Source: a virus (Duplodnaviria > Caudoviricetes). From it: a stretch of 34,160 nt of DNA. Shown here piece by piece: positions 9,133 to 18,266 of the stretch. Where the stretch lies: positions 1-34,160 of IMG/VR virus record IMGVR_UViG_3300025838_000088. One strand, written 5' to 3'. The first letter of the stretch is position 1. Every line of letters starts with the position of its first letter. A model generated the notes under the pieces. The model was given only the letters and a program-made list of their open reading frames with translations. It ran no database searches and was not told the origin of the DNA. The position numbers and the translations under genes were made by a program.

Positions 9133-9409
9133 AATTGGCTCCTTGTGCAATTGTTGTTTTATTATTTGGAGTAACTGATTGGTTTTGGTCAGGAGGAGGC
9201 GGCGGACCCAATCTAGGATCTCTCTGACCTTTAAAAATTTGTTCTGGACAAGTTCTTGTAACATCGCATATAGGGAATTTACATTCCGGTTTATCCCAAT
9301 TTAAGGGGTCTTGACAAGGATAGCGAAATTGGTCATGACCACAAAACGCCAACGAAAGGGGCAATATTAATAGTAATGCTGCTCCAGCAAATAATTTATG
9401 GTCATGCAT
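9113..9409 (-). CDS. Cys-rich exported protein or lipoprotein
   Basis: Hydrophobic N-terminus ending LSLAFC; RYPCQDP..W..PEC..PIC....TCP; poly-Pro tail. Confidence 0.7.
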   Translation of the reverse strand: MHDHKLFAGAALLLILPLSLAFCGHDQFRYPCQDPLNWDKPECKFPICDVTRTCPEQIFKGQRDPRLGPPPPPDQNQSVTPNNKTTIAQGANCGPTTK

Positions 9410-9410
9410 G

Positions 9411-10034
9411 TTACACTCCTAAAACGTGGAGCGCATTGTTGTACTGTTTGATTCTGTCATCCAGACCAATCGTTCCTCCGTTAATCTTCTTTGTTAACGT
9501 AAGAATATCACCTCTATCTGCAAATTGATTTAGGTTGTTTGTTTCCCAAAACCAACATGCTGATTGAGCTGCGCCTTCAAATGTCTGCATATATTCTGCA
9601 GCCTCATCAGAAGAGATTTCTAAACTGGCTGCGAACCATGTGTAGTTGTCTCTACCTGTAATTTGGATTAAGCCACGACCACAAAACTTATAACCATCTC
9701 CAGACGCTTCATTACCATTACCCATACGGTTGCAGTATAGTCTATTAGCAATCGCCTCCTGTTTGTTTGGACGACTTGCATAGTCATTTGCAATAGCATC
9801 AGTCTCAAAGTGTGTAGGAAACAATTTACGTAAAGAGGCAGCTCTATAATTAAGATTCTCTTTAAGTGCAGTAAAACCAGCAGACTCATGAGCACATTGA
9901 GCTAAGAAAGCCGCTATTCTTTGTGGTGTATTAATTTCGTAATCAGGTAACAATTTCGACAGAGCATCATACCAATGATCCACATATGGGTTCTTTGGTA
10001 TAATTTGCTTCAGTTGGTCTTTACTTAAAATCAT
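9411..10034 (-). CDS. Glycoside hydrolase family 19 endolysin
   Basis: AAFLAQCAHES, ENLNY, GRGLIQITGRDNY, SACWFW, TKKINGG..GLDDR. Confidence 0.93.
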   Translation of the reverse strand: MILSKDQLKQIIPKNPYVDHWYDALSKLLPDYEINTPQRIAAFLAQCAHESAGFTALKENLNYRAASLRKLFPTHFETDAIANDYASRPNKQEAIANRLYCNRMGNGNEASGDGYKFCGRGLIQITGRDNYTWFAASLEISSDEAAEYMQTFEGAAQSACWFWETNNLNQFADRGDILTLTKKINGGTIGLDDRIKQYNNALHVLGV

Positions 10035-10240
10035 ACTAATGCCTGTGCTAATTGTAATGCACCCATAAGGATAGCATGATTTTCGTCATCTTGTTGCAAT
10101 TGGTCTGCATTAACACTAATTTGGCCAACAATATTCATGTCGTTAATTAGCTCTTTATATTCTTCAGCTGTCAATTGGCCACGTTCATATAATTCTTGGT
10201 AACCTTGAGCTTGTATCACTAAATCTTGTATTGCGGTCAT
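10031..10240 (-). CDS. Small hypothetical protein
   Basis: 69 aa; ATGA-type overlaps with both neighbours. Confidence 0.6.
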   Translation of the reverse strand: MTAIQDLVIQAQGYQELYERGQLTAEEYKELINDMNIVGQISVNADQLQQDDENHAILMGALQLAQALV

Positions 10241-10608
10241 CTTGGTTCTCCTCCAATTACTTGTTGTATACGTTCTGCCGTTTTGGATATTGTATTTAGT
10301 TTTAATGCACAGTAAGTTGGACTAAATGTTTCTTTTTGATGTAACTCGTCAACAAGTGTGAATAAGGCACTATTCATTTTTACAGTAACATCATTATGTG
10401 GTAAATATTGGCTATAATTCTTTAGTTCCATAGCATCTTGATACATGGTCTGAATACCATCTTTACTACAATTTTTTAATTCTGCATCTGTACGGACTTT
10501 GTTTACCAAAGCATATTCATTGTTATCGTAATGTGCAACAAATAATGCTGATTTAATGGTTGAACAACCTGATAGTAATAATATACAACACAGTAATATT
10601 GTTCTCAT
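10237..10608 (-). CDS. Lipoprotein of unknown function
   Basis: MRTILLCCILLLSGC lipobox. Confidence 0.8.
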   Translation of the reverse strand: MRTILLCCILLLSGCSTIKSALFVAHYDNNEYALVNKVRTDAELKNCSKDGIQTMYQDAMELKNYSQYLPHNDVTVKMNSALFTLVDELHQKETFSPTYCALKLNTISKTAERIQQVIGGEPR

Positions 10609-11195
10609 GGATTCAACTCCTTCTGCTTAGTTACCCACTCTTGAAGTAACTTCAATTGCTCGGCTACTTTGTTGTAGGTGGTATAGTTGTCGTTGATGGT
10701 TCGTTCGACCTCAGAGAGTGCAATACCGGAGGGGGTTCCATCAATTCCGTCGGAGGATCCGGAAATGGAATTTTTAGCGGAGGCGTCATGCACCCGGACA
10801 AAAGACTCAGGAATAGTACACATGTTATCGTCTTTGGTTGTAATAGTTTGTGCAATTGTATCATGGACCACCTCAATTTTTTGGATATTTTCTTTATACT
10901 TTTTAACAATATATTTTGTAATGACCTTTTGTTGGACTACAACACGTTCAATTTCTTTGGCACCTTGTATTAATATATTTTGGCGTCCTTCTATCCAACC
11001 ACCAAGACCAATTAACGTTAAACACACTACTGTTATCAGTAGGCGATATAACATAGGTATAAGCCTATGGAGTATACTAGCCAATAAAAATAGGGCAATA
11101 CCGACACCGATAATTGCCCATGGCACCCAAGTTGGTAATAAACCTAAAAACCAGTTGATGATAAAATCAGGTGAGAGCATGTTAAACATGGCCAC
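10605..11195 (-). CDS. i-spanin (Rz-like)
   Basis: N-terminal TM segments, periplasmic helices, C.IP..FVRVHD and a C-terminal N...Y......L..LQEW coiled coil; contains an embedded lipoprotein gene. Confidence 0.8.
   Translation of the reverse strand: MAMFNMLSPDFIINWFLGLLPTWVPWAIIGVGIALFLLASILHRLIPMLYRLLITVVCLTLIGLGGWIEGRQNILIQGAKEIERVVVQQKVITKYIVKKYKENIQKIEVVHDTIAQTITTKDDNMCTIPESFVRVHDASAKNSISGSSDGIDGTPSGIALSEVERTINDNYTTYNKVAEQLKLLQEWVTKQKELNP
10664..10864 (-). CDS. Embedded o-spanin (Rz1-like), 66 aa
   Basis: GAGGTGG SD before ATG 10864, LLSGC lipobox, Pro-rich mature part; alternative frame inside Rz with a local GC rise. Confidence 0.85.
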   Translation of the reverse strand: MIQLHKLLQPKTITCVLFLSLLSGCMTPPLKIPFPDPPTELMEPPPVLHSLRSNEPSTTTIPPTTK

Positions 11196-11198
11196 ACC

Positions 11199-11405
11199 TT
11201 ACATCTTTGGTGGTTTTCTGTGACCCATATTCATCATAACTGGATCATGCTTATTCTTTTTACGTGGTAGATAAACACCTGGTTCTCCACCTTTACCACC
11301 TGTACCTGCAATAGCACCTGTAGAGACTGCATTAGTTGGACCTGCCGAGCCGACAGCACCTGCAGCACCGCCGTCTTCTTTGACAAATTCTTTAAAAGAT
11401 TTCAT
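11199..11405 (-). CDS. Small Gly-rich putative head-internal protein
   Basis: TAATG-coupled start MKSFKEFVKE, resembling the T4 capsid-targeting sequence. Confidence 0.65.
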   Translation of the reverse strand: MKSFKEFVKEDGGAAGAVGSAGPTNAVSTGAIAGTGGKGGEPGVYLPRKKNKHDPVMMNMGHRKPPKM

Positions 11406-12127
11406 TAACAGTTCCACTTTCTTAGTGCTAATGCTTTGCGTGTTGGCTTTCCATCTTTTCTCATAGGACCTTTCATACCACCCATACGAGCACAGAATGA
11501 TTTTCTACGATTAGCAGCTTTAGAACCTGGCTTCAATTTTGATGGCTTAGTTGTAACAGCCATACTCAACTTAGAACCTGGATTTTCTCTACGATATGAT
11601 GCAATACCTTTACGATTTAGGCCACCTTTAGGATCTTTGCCCTCTTTTCTACGCCATGCAGCAGACTCATACAATTCTTCGTCTGATATATCATCGAGGT
11701 CTTCCCAAATAACTTCTGGATCGATGTCATTAGCTTCTGCAATTTCCATCACAAGCTCTTCAACGATATCAAACATATAATCAGGATTATATTCTTCCTT
11801 GAGTTCGCTACGCATATAATTGGCAACAGTCATGATGTAGTCTTCTGCCAATGTGATTTTAGATTCGACCCACTCAGGCAAGTCTGTTTTTTCACCAATC
11901 AAGTCCATCATTTCTTGTGCATTGTGCATGATGGTACGTAACTGATTGATGGCCATATATGGATCAGAGTATTCTGGATCTTTAGCTTCAGTTACTTCTT
12001 CTGGTACACAATTTGGAACGGTGCGGCCACCTTTTTTCTTTGTACCGATTGGATGATAACCAGTCCAACATGGATTGCTGGTTCTCAATGATTTATTTTC
12101 TTCTCTAACTTGTTTGAATGATTTCAT
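11405..12127 (-). CDS. Putative modular virion/internal protein
   Basis: MKSFKQVREE start; PCWTGY...VPNCVPE module; acidic middle; basic AAWRRKEGK...SFCARM...KWNC module recalled from T4-like phages. Confidence 0.7.
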   Translation of the reverse strand: MKSFKQVREENKSLRTSNPCWTGYHPIGTKKKGGRTVPNCVPEEVTEAKDPEYSDPYMAINQLRTIMHNAQEMMDLIGEKTDLPEWVESKITLAEDYIMTVANYMRSELKEEYNPDYMFDIVEELVMEIAEANDIDPEVIWEDLDDISDEELYESAAWRRKEGKDPKGGLNRKGIASYRRENPGSKLSMAVTTKPSKLKPGSKAANRRKSFCARMGGMKGPMRKDGKPTRKALALRKWNC

Positions 12128-12510
12128 ATTTTCCTCAATATGTCTGCTATTCTCATGTCAACTGGTATGACATCTGTTACTATTGTTTTACCTCTTATAC
12201 CTTTGATTACTTCGGGAAGTAAATTCAGATATACCAAAAATGTCTTCAATGCGTCATAGTCTTTCTCATCAATCCTGAAGAATAATATTCTGGCTGTTGC
12301 TTCTAGTCCAAATACGTTATGTAGGAGTATGATATGATTAAGTATCAACCGCTCTTTAATAACTTTGGTGGCCTTATATCTACGAAACAATCTTTTTAAG
12401 TATTTCGTCCTTTTAAGGTCACCATCAAATTCAGACATTAAGCAATTAGGTGATGTATAACATTTTACTGCATACATCACGAAATTATCTTCATTCAAAT
12501 CATCGAACAT
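12124..12510 (-). CDS. Conserved T4-like hypothetical protein
   Basis: LNEDNF..YA...Y..P.C, EF..DLKR.KY.KRL, ERLILNHII.L.NVFG. Confidence 0.75.
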   Translation of the reverse strand: MFDDLNEDNFVMYAVKCYTSPNCLMSEFDGDLKRTKYLKRLFRRYKATKVIKERLILNHIILLHNVFGLEATARILFFRIDEKDYDALKTFLVYLNLLPEVIKGIRGKTIVTDVIPVDMRIADILRKI

Positions 12511-12525
12511 TATATAAAGTTTGGT

Positions 12526-13143
12526 TTAAACTCCAGTGAAAGCTACACCCCAGCTTGTATTGCCAGAATATGTATTTGATGCAGTCGGACTTGCAAGAGC
12601 AACCAATGTTTCGTGTAGGTAACGAACTGATCCATCGTTGTTTGTTTTCTTACGAATTTGGTTCCAACCCACTGTCATATTACCCATAGCAACAGAATTG
12701 TTTGCAATGCGAGTTGTTGTAACAAGAACTGTGTCTTGATTGAATGTCTTTTCAACAGGTTTTACAGTAGGATATACAATTGCTTTATCAAACTCAACAC
12801 CAAAACCAGCACTTACTGTATTGTATAATGCATTAGATAGAGTGACTGTATTGCCACTTGTTGAAGAAACAGTAGTATTTGAAGAAAAGAAACCTGGCGT
12901 ACCGTTACCGTTTGTACCGCCTGGTGCACCTACTCCATTTGCTAAGAAATAAACGTATTGTCCTGCGGTAATACCAATATTTGCTATATTATTTGCTCCG
13001 CCGTCCAAATATTTAATGCTAATGACATTGTTGCCTGCTGTATTGCCGGCAAAAACTGTTGCTTGAACAATTTCCCTTGTTTCACGCAAAGCATCAAATT
13101 TTGGTTTTTGATTGTGGTTGTCTGAATTTGACCATGTTGGCAT
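12526..13143 (-). CDS. Putative virion structural protein
   Basis: N/T/G/S-rich, MPTWSNSD start, GW...R...ETLVA motif; own late-promoter-like site and AAGGAG SD. Confidence 0.65.
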   Translation of the reverse strand: MPTWSNSDNHNQKPKFDALRETREIVQATVFAGNTAGNNVISIKYLDGGANNIANIGITAGQYVYFLANGVGAPGGTNGNGTPGFFSSNTTVSSTSGNTVTLSNALYNTVSAGFGVEFDKAIVYPTVKPVEKTFNQDTVLVTTTRIANNSVAMGNMTVGWNQIRKKTNNDGSVRYLHETLVALASPTASNTYSGNTSWGVAFTGV

Positions 13144-13173
13144 TTTAAAGTCTCCTTGATGAGGTAATCTACC

Positions 13174-13181
13174 TATTTATC
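13174..13181 (-). promoter_or_regulatory. T4-type late promoter variant GATAAATA
   Basis: Intergenic, ~30 nt before ATG 13143; one mismatch to TATAAATA. Confidence 0.55.
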
Positions 13182-13184
13182 TTA

Positions 13185-14540
13185 TTATTGTTCTTGTGAT
13201 TTTTGTTTCTTCTTATCCATGTCTTTATAATCTGGTATCGATGTACGATTTTTCAACATAGGATCAATTTCGACCATATCTCTCTTTTCGCCTGTCAAGG
13301 TTGTTCCACCCTTCAAAACAATTCGAGCATTTGGTTTTTTATCTCCTAATTCATTAGTGCCGTCAGCCTTTTGCATTGATGGTTTTTTACCTAATGGTTT
13401 AGCATCCTTTTGGTCTTTTTCCCAATCATACATGTCTTCACCTAGTCTACGTCTGGCATATATTTCTTTGACCATCGATCCTACTTTAGACATTTTCTTT
13501 GGCGCAACTTGATTCGGTGTGTTACCCATATCAAATGGTACTTCTGATGCAGCTTTTGGATCACCAAAGTTGTCTTCTTTGACTTCTTTTTTGTTTTGTG
13601 AGTCTTGTTTCATTTGGTCCATCCACGCTTTAGCACGTAGAACACTTGCAGTAGATTTAGCTTTTTCTTTTTTAAGTGCTTGTTGCAATTTAACAGCAGA
13701 ACTTGTTTTGGCTTCGTCAATATCTTCTTCACCAATCTTAGAAAAATACTTTAAAGTGGTATCTTTTTTGTAATTGTCTTTTTTGTAATTTGGCTCATTT
13801 TGTTTAAGTTGGCCTGGTACTGTATTTTTCTTTTCACGAGCAAGTGCTTTTCTGATTTTTTCAAGTTCAGCTGGAGTTTTTGGTGCTCCTCTACGAGAAT
13901 AAGGAGCAAATGAAATTTCATCCAACTCAACTTCTTCACGCTTTGCGGCCATGGCTAAACCAGATTCTCGGCGTTTTACTGCACGTTTAACGATATCACC
14001 GTATTCACCTTTAGCATGTGGTTTCAACTCTTTGACTTGTGCTTTGGCTTTTTCTTTATAATCACCAAGTGATATCTCATCCAAATTAGTTTCTTCTTTT
14101 TTCATTCTTACTCTTTTCATTGTTCCTGCAGGTGCTGGTATTGCATATTGTGCTGCAGCTTGATCCAACTGTCTTTTTCTTTTTAAAGTAGGTGAATGTG
14201 TTATTTCTGAACGTATTTCAGGATGTGTAATCTTAGTTGTCAAATCTTCATTAACTTCATCTTCTTCGTATATACCGTGGTCTTGTTTCCACTTTTCATA
14301 ATCACCTTTTTTGGACTGTGAAACTTTTTTATTCTTACTGATGTAATTCACATTCCAACCTTTTGATTTATAATACTTAGCTAATAACTCAGAACGTCTA
14401 GATGTTACATTTTCAGGAATAGCAATACCACCACCTGCACCACTGGCGGACCAAGGATCTCTTGGGTCACTACCAGTTTTTGCAGCTGTTAAGTCTGTCT
14501 TTTTTGCAACAGACTTAACAATATTTTTTGTTTTAGACAT
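13185..14540 (-). CDS. Lys/Glu-rich putative head-internal polyprotein
   Basis: Basic modules separated by EE.(N/E)LDE-type acidic linkers; start MSKTK. Confidence 0.7.
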   Translation of the reverse strand: MSKTKNIVKSVAKKTDLTAAKTGSDPRDPWSASGAGGGIAIPENVTSRRSELLAKYYKSKGWNVNYISKNKKVSQSKKGDYEKWKQDHGIYEEDEVNEDLTTKITHPEIRSEITHSPTLKRKRQLDQAAAQYAIPAPAGTMKRVRMKKEETNLDEISLGDYKEKAKAQVKELKPHAKGEYGDIVKRAVKRRESGLAMAAKREEVELDEISFAPYSRRGAPKTPAELEKIRKALAREKKNTVPGQLKQNEPNYKKDNYKKDTTLKYFSKIGEEDIDEAKTSSAVKLQQALKKEKAKSTASVLRAKAWMDQMKQDSQNKKEVKEDNFGDPKAASEVPFDMGNTPNQVAPKKMSKVGSMVKEIYARRRLGEDMYDWEKDQKDAKPLGKKPSMQKADGTNELGDKKPNARIVLKGGTTLTGEKRDMVEIDPMLKNRTSIPDYKDMDKKKQKSQEQ

Positions 14541-14541
14541 T

Positions 14542-16440
14542 TTAGATGCCACCAGCAATTTTGCCCATCATTGTTTCTTGCTTAATCTTTTTAAAAGACT
14601 TCTTTGCTAATTCTTTAGCAAGATTCATTGGTGAGTTTTCATTAGTCACAAATGGATGGTCACCTGTACCAGAACCTGCTTCAGGACCTTTGAATGCTTC
14701 TTCAACTTCTTCTTTAGTTGGTTTATTACCAGTTTGTGGTACACCCATTTTCTTTTGGAGGTCTTTACGCATATCTTCGTCACTACCATGGCTTAGTTTT
14801 TTTAGAACCTTACCACCAACTTTTTTCATAGTGTCCATCATGCCTTCATCCATACGAGCATCAAATGCTTTGCGTTTTGCTTCACGAGTTTTATCTATAA
14901 GTGCTAAACGTTTCTTAGAATCTTCATCTCCAGCATCGGCTTTAGTTTTAAGTTGATTGTAGTGATAGTCCTGTGAGCTTCTAGCTTGTTGTGCATTTAC
15001 TGAATTTACTTTAAATACTTCATCAACACCTTCAACTTCTTCACCAACAGTCAAAGCAACTTTGTATGATTTTGCTTTGTTATGATATTCAGCAGGAACT
15101 TTCACACGGCCACTAAGAGTATCAACAGTCTTTGTTTTCATATCTGTTTCACCATCAACTCTTATGTGATCATCTTCTTTCATTTCTATTTTTTTTTTCT
15201 TCTCAGAGATAGTAGAGATACCGCCAATGTCTTCTAGTTGAAGTGATTCATTCATACCATGGATACTACCTTTGATACCATGTTTTGCTCTCAATTTAGC
15301 AGCTTCCTTTTCATGGTGTTCTGATTCTTCTGGACCAGCATATTCTGCATGAGAAACGTGATGTTCTGAATGGTTACACATATCATCTGCACACTTGTTG
15401 CCATGATGTTTACGAACATGGTTCTCAATAGCGGTAGCTGCGTGATGACTATGATGTCCGCCCATTCCGGCGCCATATCCTTGGTCTGCACCATATGTGT
15501 GTTGTGCATGTTTATGCCACAAAGCAGATAAGGACATTTTGTCCATCTTTCCTTCTTCAAGCACATCAAGTTCATCAAATGCTTCTGTGTAGATTTCTTG
15601 TTGTTCTTTCATGGATTGTTTTGTAGCAGTAGCATACATCACATTTTTAGCACGTTTACCATAACGCTCTTTAAAACCCTTCATGCCCTTTTTCATTGAC
15701 ATGACAATCTTTTCACGTTTTTCTTTTTCACCGCCAGTCATGTGACGCTCTTCTTCTTCACCGAGTTTGGTTTCTTTTTTATCTTTGTGCATATGTTTTT
15801 CATGTTTGTGAACTTCTTGGTCAGCAATCTTTCTTGCTTCTGGAGGTGTCACATATTTTTCATTTGTCATTGAATGCTTAGACAAATGGGTTTCTTTCTC
15901 TTCTTCTCTCTTTAGAGCGGAAGGCTTAACCATTTTTTTAACCAAAGCTTTGTCTTCTTTCTCATCAGGATGAGCTTCTTCCTTCATGTCATCTTTTTTA
16001 TACTTTTTAGTATAAACCGTTCCAGTGGAAGTTTTCTTTGAATCATGTCCAGTCAGTTCACCTGGTTTCTTAGGCAGTTGGCTTGGTTTACCTTTCCAAT
16101 TGAAAGGACTATCTTTTTTCTTTTCGTCTTCTTCTTCAACAGGACGAACTACAGCAGAATGACCTTTTGATGCAGCTTTATCATCGTGTTTTTTTAGAAC
16201 TTGGCCACCAATTTTTTCAGGTGGTTCCATTCCTTCAGAATTTGGTTTAGAAGTAACAGGATATTTTTTGCCTTGAAACTCAAAATGAGACTGGCCTGCT
16301 TTGCGAGCAGCATGTGCTGCTTTATGGAACCCAGTTTCATCTATACCTGGTTCTAAAAGCATTTTTTTCTTCTCATCATCTTCCATAATTGATTTTGTGA
16401 CATCAATTAAGGCCTGTGTTACTGATAGTTTTGTAAACAT
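14542..16440 (-). CDS. Lys/Glu/His-rich putative head-internal polyprotein
   Basis: 632 aa low-complexity protein with repeated xEE/xDE junctions and a His-rich module at ~15250-15550. Confidence 0.7.
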   Translation of the reverse strand: MFTKLSVTQALIDVTKSIMEDDEKKKMLLEPGIDETGFHKAAHAARKAGQSHFEFQGKKYPVTSKPNSEGMEPPEKIGGQVLKKHDDKAASKGHSAVVRPVEEEDEKKKDSPFNWKGKPSQLPKKPGELTGHDSKKTSTGTVYTKKYKKDDMKEEAHPDEKEDKALVKKMVKPSALKREEEKETHLSKHSMTNEKYVTPPEARKIADQEVHKHEKHMHKDKKETKLGEEEERHMTGGEKEKREKIVMSMKKGMKGFKERYGKRAKNVMYATATKQSMKEQQEIYTEAFDELDVLEEGKMDKMSLSALWHKHAQHTYGADQGYGAGMGGHHSHHAATAIENHVRKHHGNKCADDMCNHSEHHVSHAEYAGPEESEHHEKEAAKLRAKHGIKGSIHGMNESLQLEDIGGISTISEKKKKIEMKEDDHIRVDGETDMKTKTVDTLSGRVKVPAEYHNKAKSYKVALTVGEEVEGVDEVFKVNSVNAQQARSSQDYHYNQLKTKADAGDEDSKKRLALIDKTREAKRKAFDARMDEGMMDTMKKVGGKVLKKLSHGSDEDMRKDLQKKMGVPQTGNKPTKEEVEEAFKGPEAGSGTGDHPFVTNENSPMNLAKELAKKSFKKIKQETMMGKIAGGI

Positions 16441-18266
16441 TATTTTGCTCCTGTCGTTTTCTTTTTCTTAATTGTTATGCCCGCTTGGCCATACTTATCT
16501 ATTGGCAATTCTACAGGTTCTTTATTACCCGCACCACCAGTAGTTCCACTCACACCATAATCACTAGGACCGCTAGATCCAAAATCAAATATTGATTCTT
16601 TAAACTTTTTTAAACCTTTTTTCTTCTCTGCTAATGGATTTGGACTGACCATTCTAGGTTTACCCGCAAAGTCAGCCACATCATCATTATTAAACTCTGT
16701 TGCTTCTCTATATGTTTGGTCACCTAGACCAGCACCTGCTGCACCAGTTGTTGCTCGTGAATCAAATGTTGATCCAACACCATCAGCAGTACCAATCTTA
16801 GCTGCACTTAAAGACTTATTACCATGTTTTAATAATCTTGTCTTATTTGCATCCATATTAAAACGTTTTTGTACAGGTTCTGGATTCTTTGTTAAAGTTG
16901 GAGCAGATTCGGTATATGTATGTCCTCCGCCAATTCTAGCTGTGTAATTACTATTTTGTTTAATATCACCGTCACGGACATCATCTCTTTTACCTAACTT
17001 GGCTGCAAATTGCATTACAGGACTGTTATTATCTTTTAATACTTTGAAACCTTTGCTTCGTAGGTTATCTTTTTGTATATCTTTAGCACCTTCATAAAGG
17101 TTTAAGAATTTATTTGATTCATTGTATACTGAATCACCTAGAAAGTTGGATGTGTTTTTATATAACTCGGTGATTTCTTCTTCTTTCAATTCTAAACTTT
17201 CACTATTGTCAAAACAAACAAAGTTATCAAACATCTCTGTAAAAACTTGAACATTCTTGTGAGCTTTTTCCCACTTTTCTTGTCTAACGGACTCAGCCAT
17301 CATTCTTGTTAGAAGTGAGTTGCGTTCTTTGCTTACTCGATTCGTTGTGTCTACGAATATCATCATGGTTTCATAACCAAGTTCTTTTAATTCTTCTTTA
17401 ACAAAACCAATTCTTTCCAAGTCATCAGCAGGCCCATTAATGATTAATGGACCACGAGTTCTAACTGATTCAAAACGTGGGTTCATTGACCTCATGGCCA
17501 ACTTGTGTTTATCGTTTAGAATATCACAAACTTGAGTGAGATTTAATTCTATTGCTCTTGCTTCTGCAATAGCTTCACGGAGAACAACATCTTTACCTGA
17601 ACCAGGACCACCAGTAACAAAAATAGCTTTATGATGGCCATGTGTGTAACTTTCATGTAAACCCATGCCCTTACGAACATCTCTCATCAATTCTTTTGCA
17701 TGTTCATCTTTAACATGATGTGGAATACCTTGTCTAAATGATGAGAAATCATTATTCTTAGCATGTTCACGCATCTTAGTGCCAGACATTCCTTCTGCAC
17801 CCTCGGCATCTGGATCACGATGACCAGCAGAATGAACTGTAATCTTTTTAAAGTTATAATGACCATGGCCACCTTTTACACCATTATATTTGTGTAATAA
17901 AGTATGCATTTCTTTTACTCGGTCTGAACCAGCAATTACATGTAGGTGGTCAGCACCTTGTGCATGTAATTTGGCTGCATGATGCATAATTGTTGGATGC
18001 TCTTTAGATGATGTTTCAAAATGAGTTCCTGGTGAATATCTTTTTAGGTGCTTAACTTTTTGTTCACCTGACAAAGGATTCTTTTTAGCATCTTGTGAAT
18101 GAGATACCACAACAGTATGTTTTGCATTGTGTTTAGCTGCAACCTCACGTACTTTGTCTATCAACTTTAAATGGCCGGTCGTAGGAGGATTCATACGACC
18201 AAAAGCCATAACCGCATGTTTTTCTTTTTCGGCTTCTTCTTCAATAATTTGTAGGAATGATTTCAT
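16440..18266 (-). CDS. HIGH-family nucleotidyltransferase fused to a P-loop kinase, with low-complexity tail
   Basis: FGRMNPPTTGH, KNPL, AGSDRV, MSGTKMR; then IFVTGGPGSGKD...MIFVDT...S.ERN. Confidence 0.8.
   Translation of the reverse strand: MKSFLQIIEEEAEKEKHAVMAFGRMNPPTTGHLKLIDKVREVAAKHNAKHTVVVSHSQDAKKNPLSGEQKVKHLKRYSPGTHFETSSKEHPTIMHHAAKLHAQGADHLHVIAGSDRVKEMHTLLHKYNGVKGGHGHYNFKKITVHSAGHRDPDAEGAEGMSGTKMREHAKNNDFSSFRQGIPHHVKDEHAKELMRDVRKGMGLHESYTHGHHKAIFVTGGPGSGKDVVLREAIAEARAIELNLTQVCDILNDKHKLAMRSMNPRFESVRTRGPLIINGPADDLERIGFVKEELKELGYETMMIFVDTTNRVSKERNSLLTRMMAESVRQEKWEKAHKNVQVFTEMFDNFVCFDNSESLELKEEEITELYKNTSNFLGDSVYNESNKFLNLYEGAKDIQKDNLRSKGFKVLKDNNSPVMQFAAKLGKRDDVRDGDIKQNSNYTARIGGGHTYTESAPTLTKNPEPVQKRFNMDANKTRLLKHGNKSLSAAKIGTADGVGSTFDSRATTGAAGAGLGDQTYREATEFNNDDVADFAGKPRMVSPNPLAEKKKGLKKFKESIFDFGSSGPSDYGVSGTTGGAGNKEPVELPIDKYGQAGITIKKKKTTGAK

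Noticed and set aside
9133-9264. N-terminal extension of the 200 aa ORF
   Set aside because: The strong SD points to GTG 9132; the extension merely overlaps the upstream gene.
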